From Minisyncoccota bacterium (GTDB lineage: Bacteria; Patescibacteriota; Minisyncoccia; Phycocordibacterales; UBA9973): a stretch of 64,000 nucleotides of DNA. Location of the stretch: assembly GCA_041660345.1 (NCBI GenBank), contig JBAZWP010000001.1, positions 1-64,000 of the forward strand, written 5' to 3'. The notes under the pieces are model-generated. The model was not told the origin of the DNA. It was given only the letters and a program-made list of their open reading frames with translations, and made no database searches. The translations under genes were made by a program, and so were the position numbers. Positions within the stretch are counted from its first letter, which is position 1. Every line of letters starts with the position of its first letter. Shown piece by piece: positions 9,334-19,469 of this stretch.

Positions 9334-12057
9334 ATGAATGTAGGCGGAGCATATATAGCACCAAGTGTTACTACCGAAACAAATTTTGATCCAGCTAGCG
9401 TTACAGTTGCGGGTCAATTAAGACCGATAACAGTTGTAGCTGTTGGTAATGAGTATAAAAAGATATCTAATTATGAAATGGTTAGGGGTTCTTCACCAAC
9501 TGTCGATAACTTTATACCTCAGGAAGATTTAGCAGCATATGTAACAGGGTCTAACCGAACTTTTACTGTTCAGTATTACCCGATAGTTTCAGGTGATGGT
9601 ACAGGAACAATTTCTGATAACCCAACTGATATAGAAGTTTTAGTTAATGGTCAATCAGTATCTGTTGATAGCCTAGATGGTACTTCAGGTACATTTATAT
9701 TAACTGAAGCACCTGCATCTGGTGATACATGCGTTGTTTCATATTACCATAACTTAACAGACACATTAACAAATGATAATGTTACAACACAGGCAACAGG
9801 AACTAATGTTGACTTTTATGTTCACTTTATGCCTATTGTTGATGGTACTGGTGGTGGTATTCCAACAGCTGATACAGGCGCTGTTTCAGCATATGTAGAT
9901 GGTGTTAGAGTTGCTGTATCTGAAGTAGAGCCTTTAAATGGCGTTGTTACTTTATCAGCAGCCCCAGCTTCAACTTCAACTGTTGTTATATCACATTATT
10001 TTAATACGTATGATAACACAGCCGACCCATTACCTGTTAAAAATATTATTCAGGTAACTAAAGTTGGTAATACTCCTGGTGTTATAGATTATTCATCTCC
10101 AACTGACTATACAATTATAGACGATTGGATTCATTGGGGTGCAGCTAAGAAAATTGAAGCTGGTGACCATGGTGGTACTGAATACTTCGATGATACATAT
10201 TTATCGTGTGTGTTAATAGACGATAGAATTTTCGGTGAACTAATCGGTACTGGTGATGGCGTTGAAACAGATTTTGAATCAGACTACATACCTGTTAATG
10301 GTGGTGGTTATGATAGAACAACTAACTCACCAAGTGGTGTAGGTGCTTATGTTGGCGCTACTTTCGCAACTGCAGCAGGTGTAACACCTAAATATGTAAG
10401 AGGCGATACTAAAACTATTAGTTTACAGACAGCGCCTGCATTAGGTGAATTTGCTTGGTTAACTTATTACCGCAATAGATTAATGGATGATACATATACA
10501 TTTACAGTTGTTATACCTGGTATTCAAGGTGTAGGTACATATTATGTAACATCATATCTATATGGTAGATTACCTTCGATTGAATTATTTGCAGCCGCTG
10601 TTGCAGATCCTGGATTCTTAACTGAGGGTGTGACATGGTTATCACCATTAAAGACTACACCTACATACTCAATAAGTGAAATAATTAATATTACGTTCAC
10701 TTCAGCAACTACATTTACAGTAACATCTTCAGTTCCAACTGGTTCTTCTGGAACTGGTAGTTTAGACCAAACATATATTGATTCTACAACAGGTGTAAGC
10801 TTTACAATTGGTACACCGTCAGCATTTGCTTATGCAGGTGGTGACTTCTTACAAGTTGAAGTAGACGCAGTAACTGGTGAGTTTACAGTTGGTGTTGATA
10901 ATTTCCAAATTCCTGGTTGTGATGTTTTAGTATCAGATACAACTGGACTTGTTGCAGATGATGAGTGTGTATTAACAACTTATGATAAAGCTGGTAGCGA
11001 ACCTAATGTAGGTGATTTCTACTATGTTGATGCTACTTATGAAAAACCATCCACTGATTATATACCAAAGGTTTTCTTCTCTCCACAGTCGCTTGTTAAT
11101 GAATATGGTTCTTTAACAATGTCTAATACAATTGGTATCTTAAGTAACCTTACATTTATGAATGGTGGTACAATCTTAATAGGATATCAAATTAGGAAAG
11201 AAACAGGTAGTACAGAAGCTTCAGTTCAGTCATACTCAGACGCATTAACAGTTTTAAGAAAACCTGTTGATGGTCAGTATCGACCAAGAGCTATTACAGT
11301 TGGTACTACAAATGGTACAGTTCAGGCATTAGTAAAAGACCACTGCTTGTTAATGAGTACTAAGAGATGGAAGCAAGAGCGAGTTTGCGTATTAGGTTGC
11401 CCAAGAAGTGCAACAGTTGCCGAATGTTCTTCATTAGCAAGAGCACTTAAGAGTAATCGAGTACAATTACTTTACACTGGTGATTTAGTATTCACATTAA
11501 CAGATGAATATGGTGTTTCAGTTGACTATTATGTTGACGCTTCATATATGGCCGCAGCTTATGCTGGTAAGGCAAATAGCCCGCTAATCGATTGGGCTGA
11601 ACCTATGACAAGAAAAGAAGTTGTAGGTTTCACAAGAATTGAGAATCCTATAACTGAAACAGAAATGGATGTTTTAGCAACAAATGGTATCACAGTTATT
11701 GAATATTTACCACCTGTATTTAGAGTAAGACATTCATTAACAACCGACTTGTCAAACGCATTTACTAAAGAACCTTCTATTACAAACATTGTTGATAGAG
11801 TTCAATATGTTACAAGAGAAGGTCTTGATAAATTTATTGGTACAAAGTTTACGTCTTCTCGACCTGCTGAAGTTGAAGATTCACTTCAGAATTTATTAAT
11901 TGGATTAGTAAACGAAGGTACAATTGATGAAGTTGGAACAGTAACAGCTACAAGAAATTCAGTTGAACCTGATGTTATCAATGTAGTTGGTTATTACAAA
12001 CCAATCGGAGCTTTAAACTACATTGATGTAGTATTTAATTTAAGATTCACATTATAA
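9334..12057 (+). CDS. large T/G/S/V-rich structural protein, candidate tail sheath
   Basis: 907-aa ORF with strong SD (ttttAGGAGGctaaaATG); beta-rich low-charge composition; followed by a small protein and a 220-aa protein in sheath-then-tube order; the sheath call is inference only. Confidence 0.4.
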   Translation: MNVGGAYIAPSVTTETNFDPASVTVAGQLRPITVVAVGNEYKKISNYEMVRGSSPTVDNFIPQEDLAAYVTGSNRTFTVQYYPIVSGDGTGTISDNPTDIEVLVNGQSVSVDSLDGTSGTFILTEAPASGDTCVVSYYHNLTDTLTNDNVTTQATGTNVDFYVHFMPIVDGTGGGIPTADTGAVSAYVDGVRVAVSEVEPLNGVVTLSAAPASTSTVVISHYFNTYDNTADPLPVKNIIQVTKVGNTPGVIDYSSPTDYTIIDDWIHWGAAKKIEAGDHGGTEYFDDTYLSCVLIDDRIFGELIGTGDGVETDFESDYIPVNGGGYDRTTNSPSGVGAYVGATFATAAGVTPKYVRGDTKTISLQTAPALGEFAWLTYYRNRLMDDTYTFTVVIPGIQGVGTYYVTSYLYGRLPSIELFAAAVADPGFLTEGVTWLSPLKTTPTYSISEIINITFTSATTFTVTSSVPTGSSGTGSLDQTYIDSTTGVSFTIGTPSAFAYAGGDFLQVEVDAVTGEFTVGVDNFQIPGCDVLVSDTTGLVADDECVLTTYDKAGSEPNVGDFYYVDATYEKPSTDYIPKVFFSPQSLVNEYGSLTMSNTIGILSNLTFMNGGTILIGYQIRKETGSTEASVQSYSDALTVLRKPVDGQYRPRAITVGTTNGTVQALVKDHCLLMSTKRWKQERVCVLGCPRSATVAECSSLARALKSNRVQLLYTGDLVFTLTDEYGVSVDYYVDASYMAAAYAGKANSPLIDWAEPMTRKEVVGFTRIENPITETEMDVLATNGITVIEYLPPVFRVRHSLTTDLSNAFTKEPSITNIVDRVQYVTREGLDKFIGTKFTSSRPAEVEDSLQNLLIGLVNEGTIDEVGTVTATRNSVEPDVINVVGYYKPIGALNYIDVVFNLRFTL

Positions 12058-12100
12058 GGCTTAAATTAATAGAATAATAAGTATCTAGTTAAGGATAAGT

Positions 12101-12424
12101 ATGGATATTAGAGATTATTATATAGGTGTAATTAAGAAAGTAATGGCAGAGGATTGGAATTTAGGTCCTGCTAATATATCAGATGATTATAAACAGCAAG
12201 ATGCTTTACAGCATATTGAAGTTGCTTATAAAAAATTATTAGAAGCAGCCAAAAACCTTAAGAAAGCACCGACTGGTGGTGCTGAAAATGCACAGTCACT
12301 TACTAATGCACATACTAATCTTTCTGATCTTGTTAAAGAAATACAGAGTGCTATGGCTTTTGTCGAAAAATCTGAAGCACTTAAGAAAAGCGGAAAATTA
12401 AATAAAAAGAAAATAGAGGACTAA
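12101..12424 (+). CDS. hypothetical helical protein
   Basis: 107-aa ORF with SD (agttAAGGAtaagtATG). Confidence 0.35.
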   Translation: MDIRDYYIGVIKKVMAEDWNLGPANISDDYKQQDALQHIEVAYKKLLEAAKNLKKAPTGGAENAQSLTNAHTNLSDLVKEIQSAMAFVEKSEALKKSGKLNKKKIED

Positions 12425-12427
12425 AAT

Positions 12428-13090
12428 ATGAAGGCTTTTACAGATTATATGTACCGTCCAGGTGTTTCACCTATTACTAAATCAGCTTTATCTACTCGAA
12501 ATAAAGTATTCTCATTTGCAGCTGGTCAGGGTGGTAAGCTTGTTCAGATAGGTCAGATAAAACGAATTGGTTTTAAACAGACCAGAAGTGTTACACCAAC
12601 AAGAGGTATTGGATTTGGTGATGTTATTAATGAACTTATCCCAAACAATATGGAGCCAATTACTATTGACTTTGATATCTTCAGTATGTATACCATAACA
12701 TTACAGCAGGTATTAGGTTATAATTATGGTATCGATGGGTATGTCAGAGCATTAAAGCACCACAAATTCCCATTTGATATTAGAAATGAAATGGTATTAC
12801 CTGCAATGGTTGCCGCTGGTGAGCCAACATCATATTTAAAATCATCATTATCAACACAGCCAACTGGTGGACCTCAAGCTGTAGTAACAGTTTATCAAGG
12901 TTGTTGGTTAACTGACTATTCAACTGAATCATCTGTTGATGATATTATTATATCTGAAACAGGTTCAATTACAGTTACTGAAATTATCGCTGGTGGTGCT
13001 ACAAAGTACTTTGATGAAAACTCTGTATCTGGTAATGCAACTGGTACAAACCCATGGTCAACTCTATATTCTAAAACACAAGGTAAATAA
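12428..13090 (+). CDS. hypothetical structural protein, candidate tail tube
   Basis: 220-aa ORF directly after the putative sheath; SD AGGActaaaatATG; assignment is positional only. Confidence 0.3.
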   Translation: MKAFTDYMYRPGVSPITKSALSTRNKVFSFAAGQGGKLVQIGQIKRIGFKQTRSVTPTRGIGFGDVINELIPNNMEPITIDFDIFSMYTITLQQVLGYNYGIDGYVRALKHHKFPFDIRNEMVLPAMVAAGEPTSYLKSSLSTQPTGGPQAVVTVYQGCWLTDYSTESSVDDIIISETGSITVTEIIAGGATKYFDENSVSGNATGTNPWSTLYSKTQGK

Positions 13091-13092
13091 CT

Positions 13093-14094
13093 ATGTTAAA
13101 TATTAAACAAATTGTTAGTATACTTCAGTCATCGCCTTTCATCGATAAGGTGAATGTTTATAATCAAACTGAAAATAGTGCATCTTTTGATTTCTATTCA
13201 ACTGATATGCAGTATTTCTCACTTGATATAAGTGAAGCAATGGATGGGTTTACTTATTCTTTATTTGATGATGAAAGTGAAATTGCGTCAGGTAAATTAG
13301 CTAATATTGAAGGTATCGACGAAGCTATTGAATCTGTATCTAACACATTAAAAAGTGATGATGATTCAATGCTAGATGATATTGGTGATGAAACATACGT
13401 AAACGAAGAAGACGTATATGATTATGAAGACATGGGCGATACCAGAGAGCTTAAGTTTAGTGGTAGTAAGCTTGCTAAGTATGTTGGTAAAATTTGGCAA
13501 GGTGTAGATATTGTTAAAGTTGGCAGTCCTATTATGGATGGCGATAACTTTTTAGGTTATGAAATATATCCCAAAATTGGTGAATCATTTACTAAAGAAG
13601 CTTATGATGCTGATGCTAATGAGTTAATTCCTATTGTATCCGCAGAAGATGATGAAGAAGAAGGATGCAAGTGCAAGGATAAAAAAAAAAATGTAGGCAT
13701 CAGTAAAGAAGAGAAATTATTTAAGACTTCAACTCGACCAGACGCAATTGATGAAGATGGTACTCCACTATCTATTGTAGATATGCGAACTCAAAAGGAT
13801 CCTAAAGCAATAGCCCAAATGATTCTAGACATGCTTCTTGAAGATGTACCTCTAGAGTATCTAAAAGAAAATATTGATGATACTGTAGATAATATTGATG
13901 TTAACCTTCAGTTATTAGGTTATAAAGAAGATGAAATTGGTGCTTTATACGGGCCAGTTCAAGATGCTTTCATGGGTCTTTTAGGTATACCTACATATCA
14001 GGAAGCTTTTGATTCTAATAGATATCGAGATCCTAATAACGAAGAATTCCCTGTAAGAGATGATATTGTAGATGAAGACGATTATCAAGATTAA
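13093..14094 (+). CDS. highly acidic hypothetical protein
   Basis: 333-aa ORF, D/E-rich with poly-acidic runs; A10 homopolymer at 13681-13690 inside the CDS. Confidence 0.4.
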   Translation: MLNIKQIVSILQSSPFIDKVNVYNQTENSASFDFYSTDMQYFSLDISEAMDGFTYSLFDDESEIASGKLANIEGIDEAIESVSNTLKSDDDSMLDDIGDETYVNEEDVYDYEDMGDTRELKFSGSKLAKYVGKIWQGVDIVKVGSPIMDGDNFLGYEIYPKIGESFTKEAYDADANELIPIVSAEDDEEEGCKCKDKKKNVGISKEEKLFKTSTRPDAIDEDGTPLSIVDMRTQKDPKAIAQMILDMLLEDVPLEYLKENIDDTVDNIDVNLQLLGYKEDEIGALYGPVQDAFMGLLGIPTYQEAFDSNRYRDPNNEEFPVRDDIVDEDDYQD

Positions 14095-14096
14095 AA

Positions 14097-14474
14097 ATGG
14101 ATAAAGATAGAGTTAATGCTGCCGATACTATATTAATCTTCACAGATTCTAGATTACTTAGGCTTTGGAAAGAAGAGTTAATAGGTCAGTTATCAGATGG
14201 ATATTGGGAAAATAGAGATGCGGCTAATTGGTTATGGCAGAATACATATGCTTTCTTAGGTAATAAGAATGAAGTGTATTATAAAGGCAGCACACCAATA
14301 GAACAAAAAGACTTTGATTTTAAAAATTTGTATATAGATGAAGGTATATTTAGTGAAGCTAATTTAGAAGCTATGGCTAAAGAATATGGTTTTAAAAATA
14401 CAGATGATCTAATATCTGCACTTGTTATTGTTTCTAACACGATATTAATGGTAAAGGAATATCATAATGATTAA
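14097..14474 (+). CDS. hypothetical protein
   Basis: 125-aa ORF; start overlaps the upstream stop. Confidence 0.35.
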   Translation: MDKDRVNAADTILIFTDSRLLRLWKEELIGQLSDGYWENRDAANWLWQNTYAFLGNKNEVYYKGSTPIEQKDFDFKNLYIDEGIFSEANLEAMAKEYGFKNTDDLISALVIVSNTILMVKEYHND

Positions 14475-14625
14475 AAAAGTTGGTAGCCCTATGACTGTTA
14501 ATTTTGTCCTTAATAAAAAGGACTCAGTTAAACTTGACTTAAAAGAAGGTAGTAAATTAAGAGACTGCCTTAAAAAAATGAATATTAATGTAGATGAAGA
14601 CGAAGACGATAAGAAAAAAAAGAAC

Positions 14626-14654
14626 TTGACATTTAAAACTAAATAGTATATAAT
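14626..14654 (+). promoter_or_regulatory. consensus sigma70 promoter (TTGACA-17nt-TATAAT)
   Basis: TTGACA at 14626-14631, 17-nt spacer, TATAAT at 14649-14654, 8 nt upstream of the ATG at 14662. Confidence 0.6.
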
Positions 14655-14661
14655 TAATGTT

Positions 14662-14964
14662 ATGAATTTAATAACTTCAGTAAGAAAAAAGATAAATCGA
14701 GATCTTTCAAGTGTTAATGGGATATTTGATTATATTCCTTTAAGCAGTATAAGTGAAGTTTTAAAAAAATATAACATTCATGTTGTACAAGAAGATGGTA
14801 CACCATGGTCTGGTTTTATATCAGCCCCAATTGATACACAAGTTAATATGAGATTTGATTTAGCAATGCTAACGGGTGAGCCTTTAGATAATACTAGTTT
14901 ACAATTATATGTTTATAAATTTGCTACAACTAAACGATATGAAATCGTTACTTATGTAAGTTAA
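14662..14964 (+). CDS. hypothetical protein
   Basis: First ORF downstream of the plus-strand consensus promoter. Confidence 0.4.
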   Translation: MNLITSVRKKINRDLSSVNGIFDYIPLSSISEVLKKYNIHVVQEDGTPWSGFISAPIDTQVNMRFDLAMLTGEPLDNTSLQLYVYKFATTKRYEIVTYVS

Positions 14965-14976
14965 AGGAAAAATAAA

Positions 14977-15165
14977 ATGATAGATAAAGACGATATTACA
15001 TTAATAAAAGATGAGTTAAGGACTTTTGCATTAGAAACACAAACAAAGGCATTTGATTTAACTGATAATATTGCAATAGTATATCATCTTAATTCAAGTG
15101 AACTTCATCGAGTAAATACATGGCTTAGAGAAGTACTTGAAAATAAAGTTATAAATGAATTATAA
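14977..15165 (+). CDS. hypothetical small protein
   Basis: ORF with SD (AAAGGAaaaataaaATG). Confidence 0.3.
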   Translation: MIDKDDITLIKDELRTFALETQTKAFDLTDNIAIVYHLNSSELHRVNTWLREVLENKVINEL

Positions 15166-15177
15166 GAGGTAAAAACT

Positions 15178-15369
15178 ATGCTAAATGCAGCACAGAAAAA
15201 AGAAATTATATCACAGTTAGAAACTGGTTCATTAGAAGTAATGACACAAGTACTTGATCTTATAAATACATTAGAGAAAGATTTTAAATTATCCGCAGAA
15301 GAATTTAATTGGATGCAGGATCAATTTGCAAATTTCATTGTCACTAATGTTGTTAAAAAACTAAGATGA
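15178..15369 (+). CDS. hypothetical small protein
   Basis: ORF with SD (aGAGGtaaaaactATG). Confidence 0.3.
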   Translation: MLNAAQKKEIISQLETGSLEVMTQVLDLINTLEKDFKLSAEEFNWMQDQFANFIVTNVVKKLR

Positions 15370-15614
15370 AGTTTAAAAGCCTTAATGAATTTATAGACAG
15401 TGCTGAAGAAAAAGATTATTGCATTGTCGAAGATGTTCCTGGCAAAGATGGTAAATTATACGAATTTAAAATAACCAAGCGTGGGTTAGACTCAACTTGG
15501 CAACATTTCAGATATACTATTCAATTCTCTGTAGATGGTAAGAAGGTAACTACTCAAACATTTACAGGTATTGATCGCCTTAAAAACTTTTTGCGAATAA
15601 ACTCCGTAATATAA
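15366..15614 (+). CDS. hypothetical small protein
   Basis: ORF with ATGA overlap to upstream gene. Confidence 0.3.
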   Translation: MKFKSLNEFIDSAEEKDYCIVEDVPGKDGKLYEFKITKRGLDSTWQHFRYTIQFSVDGKKVTTQTFTGIDRLKNFLRINSVI

Positions 15615-15624
15615 AGAAAGGAAA

Positions 15625-15903
15625 ATGATGTTTTTCGATAAGATTTTTGCTGATAGTAAATCCGTTAGATTCGGAAAAGACGTACTGAGTAAGTCGTTAA
15701 CATTTGAAGAATTGAATATGGAAGTTGATGGGTTAATTAAGAATGTTAATTCTTTTCTAGAAAAGCTAGATATAAAAGAAGAGTTGCAAGTAATTAAGAA
15801 GTCAATAGAAGCAAGTGATGGTTTAACTATCCTAATTACATGTAGCTTTAAAGATACAGATGTTACTAACTGGAAGAAGATTAAAGACCATTTGAAAGGA
15901 TAA
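15625..15903 (+). CDS. hypothetical small protein
   Basis: ORF with SD (aAAGGAaaATG). Confidence 0.3.
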   Translation: MMFFDKIFADSKSVRFGKDVLSKSLTFEELNMEVDGLIKNVNSFLEKLDIKEELQVIKKSIEASDGLTILITCSFKDTDVTNWKKIKDHLKG

Positions 15904-15907
15904 TACT

Positions 15908-16240
15908 TTGCATCAATCGATGAAAGATAAACTTAGAGTGATTGATCAACTCGGTAATGAAATCGCTGATGTACTATTAGCTGAGCGTAAAGGTAACTAT
16001 GCTAGTAGGGAAGAAGAATTATCTGAGTGGGATAGTGTATTAGCTAAGTTTAATATTAGTGAAGATGAAGATAGCTTAGTTTTTAGCGTTGCTGATGGTA
16101 ATGTTTATAATTGGGTAATGAAATGGTTGAATCAACAGGGTTCATTAAAGTTTACGTTGACACCTCCAGAAGTTATTGAAGAAAAGCTGGATGCAATGTA
16201 TAATACATTAAAAATAGTTAAAAATAAATTAAATAGGTAA
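15908..16240 (+). CDS. hypothetical protein
   Basis: 110-aa ORF. Confidence 0.3.
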   Translation: MHQSMKDKLRVIDQLGNEIADVLLAERKGNYASREEELSEWDSVLAKFNISEDEDSLVFSVADGNVYNWVMKWLNQQGSLKFTLTPPEVIEEKLDAMYNTLKIVKNKLNR

Positions 16241-16244
16241 AAGT

Positions 16245-16829
16245 ATGTACTCAGAAAAAGATATGAAACTTGTTAAGCATGCTATAGATACAATCGATGA
16301 GATTGATTTTACCGACTTAGTTACTGAAAATGATATACCTTATTATGTAGAACATATATTACGTGTATCAAGTAAACTTGGTTACAACTTAAATAGAGAT
16401 GCTGTAAATGATTGGGTTACTAGCTACTATACACATAGACAAGAAGCTGAAGCATTTTGGTCTAATATGTCAGAAGCTGATATTAATGATTATTACAGTG
16501 CTAATAAAACTTCAAGTGAAGACCCAGACGAAGCTCGACAGATAGCAGCTACAATATGGAGTCAGTTAAATTATAAACCTGTTATCCCAATGTCGTGGGG
16601 TGTTAGTAAGCGAGTTTTCATGCGTGAAAATGAATCTAAGAAAGCACTTGGTGGTTTAGGATTCCATGTAAATGGTCGTAAGTTTAAAGGCTATGTTAAT
16701 GTTTGGTTAACATACATGGATGAATATTTAGTTGAGCTTATAAATAATCGTGGTAGAGTGCTAAAGTCATTTGATGGTGTTTATGCTGATGATTTAGCTG
16801 ATATAATTGATAAGGAAATTGAAACATGA
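16245..16829 (+). CDS. hypothetical protein
   Basis: 194-aa ORF. Confidence 0.35.
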   Translation: MYSEKDMKLVKHAIDTIDEIDFTDLVTENDIPYYVEHILRVSSKLGYNLNRDAVNDWVTSYYTHRQEAEAFWSNMSEADINDYYSANKTSSEDPDEARQIAATIWSQLNYKPVIPMSWGVSKRVFMRENESKKALGGLGFHVNGRKFKGYVNVWLTYMDEYLVELINNRGRVLKSFDGVYADDLADIIDKEIET

Positions 16830-17131
16830 CAACAAACGAATCAGTAATAAAATTTATAGAACATAACGTATCTAATTACGTTAATATTATTAATGCTAAC
16901 GAAGCTACTATTCGTGGATTAGAAAGTGAAATAATGGAATGTCAGGAAAATCTATCTGAATTACAAAATAAAAGAATAGTTATTAATATGATTGAAAATG
17001 GTGAACTTCGTGAAAAAGATAATCCAGATGGTCTTTATGAAAATGTATGGGAGATGTTAATAGACGAAATGTGGGGATATAGCGTTGAGGATATAATAGG
17101 ACTTTTACGTAAACGTGGATATATATATTAA
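16826..17131 (+). CDS. hypothetical protein
   Basis: ORF with ATGA overlap to upstream gene. Confidence 0.3.
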   Translation: MTTNESVIKFIEHNVSNYVNIINANEATIRGLESEIMECQENLSELQNKRIVINMIENGELREKDNPDGLYENVWEMLIDEMWGYSVEDIIGLLRKRGYIY

Positions 17132-17142
17132 AGGAGTAAATC

Positions 17143-17412
17143 ATGTCAGATAAAATTGTACATATTCAATTTGATAAAGAAAATTTAAGTGCCCTTGTTG
17201 ATAGTTTTGTAAAAAAATATAACATTAACCTTGATGTTGAAACAGATTCAAATATATGGTATGAAGTGGAAAACTTTGTTCAAGAATTTGTAGATAGTAA
17301 TGAAAATAGAGTACGTAATAAAATTGAACAGATTGTTAAATCACAAAATACTTTTGATACTGCACCTCAGAAAGGTCCTATTGGTGCGCCTTGGCAGAGG
17401 GGCCGCCACTAG
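17143..17412 (+). CDS. hypothetical small protein
   Basis: ORF with SD (AAGGAGtaaatcATG). Confidence 0.3.
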   Translation: MSDKIVHIQFDKENLSALVDSFVKKYNINLDVETDSNIWYEVENFVQEFVDSNENRVRNKIEQIVKSQNTFDTAPQKGPIGAPWQRGRH

Positions 17413-17727
17413 ATGAAATATCTAGAATTAAAAGAGACTCATTTATACGCGGGTCATTATAAGCTTGATTTAATGCTAACTAAAGAGGGTTACGAACTTC
17501 TATTAGTTTTAGCAGAAGATGATAAATATAATGATGAAGCTATATTTTATGTATTATTTAAACCAAATCGTGAAGAAGAAGGTTGGAAAATAATTAATAA
17601 ACGAAACGATAGTAAATTAATTAGCATAATGCCACCAAGTAGGGATAAATCGTATACTCAAGATTTAAACCAATCAATAATTGATGAATTAATTGACCAA
17701 GGTTTTTCAAATCTATATACTATTTAA
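17413..17727 (+). CDS. hypothetical protein
   Basis: Last plus-strand ORF before the strand switch. Confidence 0.3.
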   Translation: MKYLELKETHLYAGHYKLDLMLTKEGYELLLVLAEDDKYNDEAIFYVLFKPNREEEGWKIINKRNDSKLISIMPPSRDKSYTQDLNQSIIDELIDQGFSNLYTI

Positions 17728-17895
17728 AGTCATCACATACATTAAGCTTAGGCACTATTATAATATATTTTAGTAAGTCACAGTAGCAATAATTTTCATC
17801 GTATTCTTTATGCTTTTGTGAATGCTTACAAGATTTACAGTTATCTGAACATTCAGATATTCTAAAATTCTTTAATTGATGTGATATTGATTCCA

Positions 17896-18357
17896 TTAAA
17901 ATATATCCACCTTAAAATTAGCGTTCATTGCCCAGCATAAACTTGATAACATTTTAATTGTTATGGGTTTTTTACCAAATATTATATCATCAATAAATTT
18001 AGGATCCTTTTTAAGCTTATTTGCAAGATACTCTTTGGTTATATTTCGTTGAACCATTAAGTTTATAATTTTAGACTGCAGCTCCATTTCAATTTTTTCT
18101 TCATATTGCTTTTGGGTTGGCAACATTTTTTTAATATAATTATCAATAACTGATGGTAATGTTCCAATTCGTTTTGCAATATCTTCTTTTGATACACCAT
18201 TGAGAATCATATCTTTTATTTTCTGTTCATATACACCACATTCAATAAGTGCATTAATAACTGCAGTTTCAGTCATCTTTGTTTTTTTAGATATTTCTTC
18301 AATTTGTAATCGAATGTTTTTAATACTTGGGTTGAACATTTTCATTATATCATTCAT
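17896..18357 (-). CDS. putative DNA-binding / regulatory protein
   Basis: 153-aa helical ORF; first gene of the minus-strand block at the convergence point; HTH-like segment; weak call. Confidence 0.3.
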   Translation of the reverse strand: MNDIMKMFNPSIKNIRLQIEEISKKTKMTETAVINALIECGVYEQKIKDMILNGVSKEDIAKRIGTLPSVIDNYIKKMLPTQKQYEEKIEMELQSKIINLMVQRNITKEYLANKLKKDPKFIDDIIFGKKPITIKMLSSLCWAMNANFKVDIF

Positions 18358-18366
18358 ATTTTACAC

Positions 18367-18999
18367 CTAATATATTGGTATTATTTGTTGGCTTCCACCT
18401 GTTAAACCATCTGGAATACCACCAGCTATTGTTCCAACAGCTGATGCTGAATTCATTGCTGCTATAAATGCTTTAGTTAGTACACTAATAAGTATCACCA
18501 TTCCGGGATTAGTTGGAATTAAACCTGCTGCAGTTGCAGCAGCTGCATAACATGCTGATATCCCTGATGGTGTAGATATAAATCCACCTGGTGCAACAGC
18601 AAAAGAACCATTTGAAATTGATGGGGGACCTGTCCATAATATAGGAGGAACACTTATTCCATATGTATTGTTAGCGTTAAAGTATGATTCACAGATTGCT
18701 ATTGTGGTTATAATATTAGGGAGTGATAATCCAGCCCATAGAACTAAACCAAATTCAGTAGTTAAACTAGCTGACCATGTACCAGGCACTATTGTTATTT
18801 TACCGGCTGTTATTGTTCCAGCTGTACCTGTTGCTCCAGTTGCTGGAACTACAGCATATCCTTGAACTGTTCCACCCCCACCTATCCAAGCAGCTACACT
18901 ACCATTTGCTATCATAGCTATTATTTTAGCACCATCTGTTCCTGCAAGAATAGCTGGTACAGTTAAAGCAGTAATTAAATTAGCTGGTACTAATGACAC
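18367..18999 (-). CDS. Gly/Ala/Thr-rich hydrophobic protein
   Basis: 210-aa ORF with GGGG and GxGxG runs, no charged stretches; local GC clearly above the window average. Confidence 0.4.
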   Translation of the reverse strand: MSLVPANLITALTVPAILAGTDGAKIIAMIANGSVAAWIGGGGTVQGYAVVPATGATGTAGTITAGKITIVPGTWSASLTTEFGLVLWAGLSLPNIITTIAICESYFNANNTYGISVPPILWTGPPSISNGSFAVAPGGFISTPSGISACYAAAATAAGLIPTNPGMVILISVLTKAFIAAMNSASAVGTIAGGIPDGLTGGSQQIIPIY

Positions 19000-19469
19000 T
19001 TTACCTGTCTTTCTATAAAAGCTCTAGTTTTCTCGCCTAAAACGAGTTTATCCTTGTTTTCCGCATACCAGTAAGACATTCCCTTGGTTTGCTGTGCTTT
19101 CGATGCACCTAGCCAATCACAGACCATTTCAAGTGCATACCTGTAAGGCATTTCATACACTTTTACAGATCCCTTGTCAATTGGCTGTACCCAGTACTGC
19201 CAATGGTGCTTATTTAATTTTTGATGATGAAAACAAGCAATTTCAAATGCATCATCACCTGTATCAACAGGTTTATAGTAGCCTATTTTATATTGTCGAT
19301 TACTGGTTGGTTTGCTATAGAAATGATTCGCATATGCTATAAACTCAATTGGCATGAATTTACTCCAATCGTGGATAATTCCTTGCCAATAAAGTCCGAC
19401 TTTAAAGCATTCGACCATTACAAACCACTTATGAGTTAGTATGTATTTTAAATATTTAAAGTGTTTCAT
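18990..19469 (-). CDS. hypothetical protein
   Basis: 159-aa ORF. Confidence 0.35.
   Translation of the reverse strand: MKHFKYLKYILTHKWFVMVECFKVGLYWQGIIHDWSKFMPIEFIAYANHFYSKPTSNRQYKIGYYKPVDTGDDAFEIACFHHQKLNKHHWQYWVQPIDKGSVKVYEMPYRYALEMVCDWLGASKAQQTKGMSYWYAENKDKLVLGEKTRAFIERQVKCH

Noticed and set aside
1-17700. T4-type late promoters (TATAAATA) upstream of structural genes
   Set aside because: Occurrences of the motif were inside coding regions and not consistently positioned before gene starts; not called.
18668-18865. Plus-strand 65-aa ORF
   Set aside because: Antisense within the Gly-rich gene 18367..18999.
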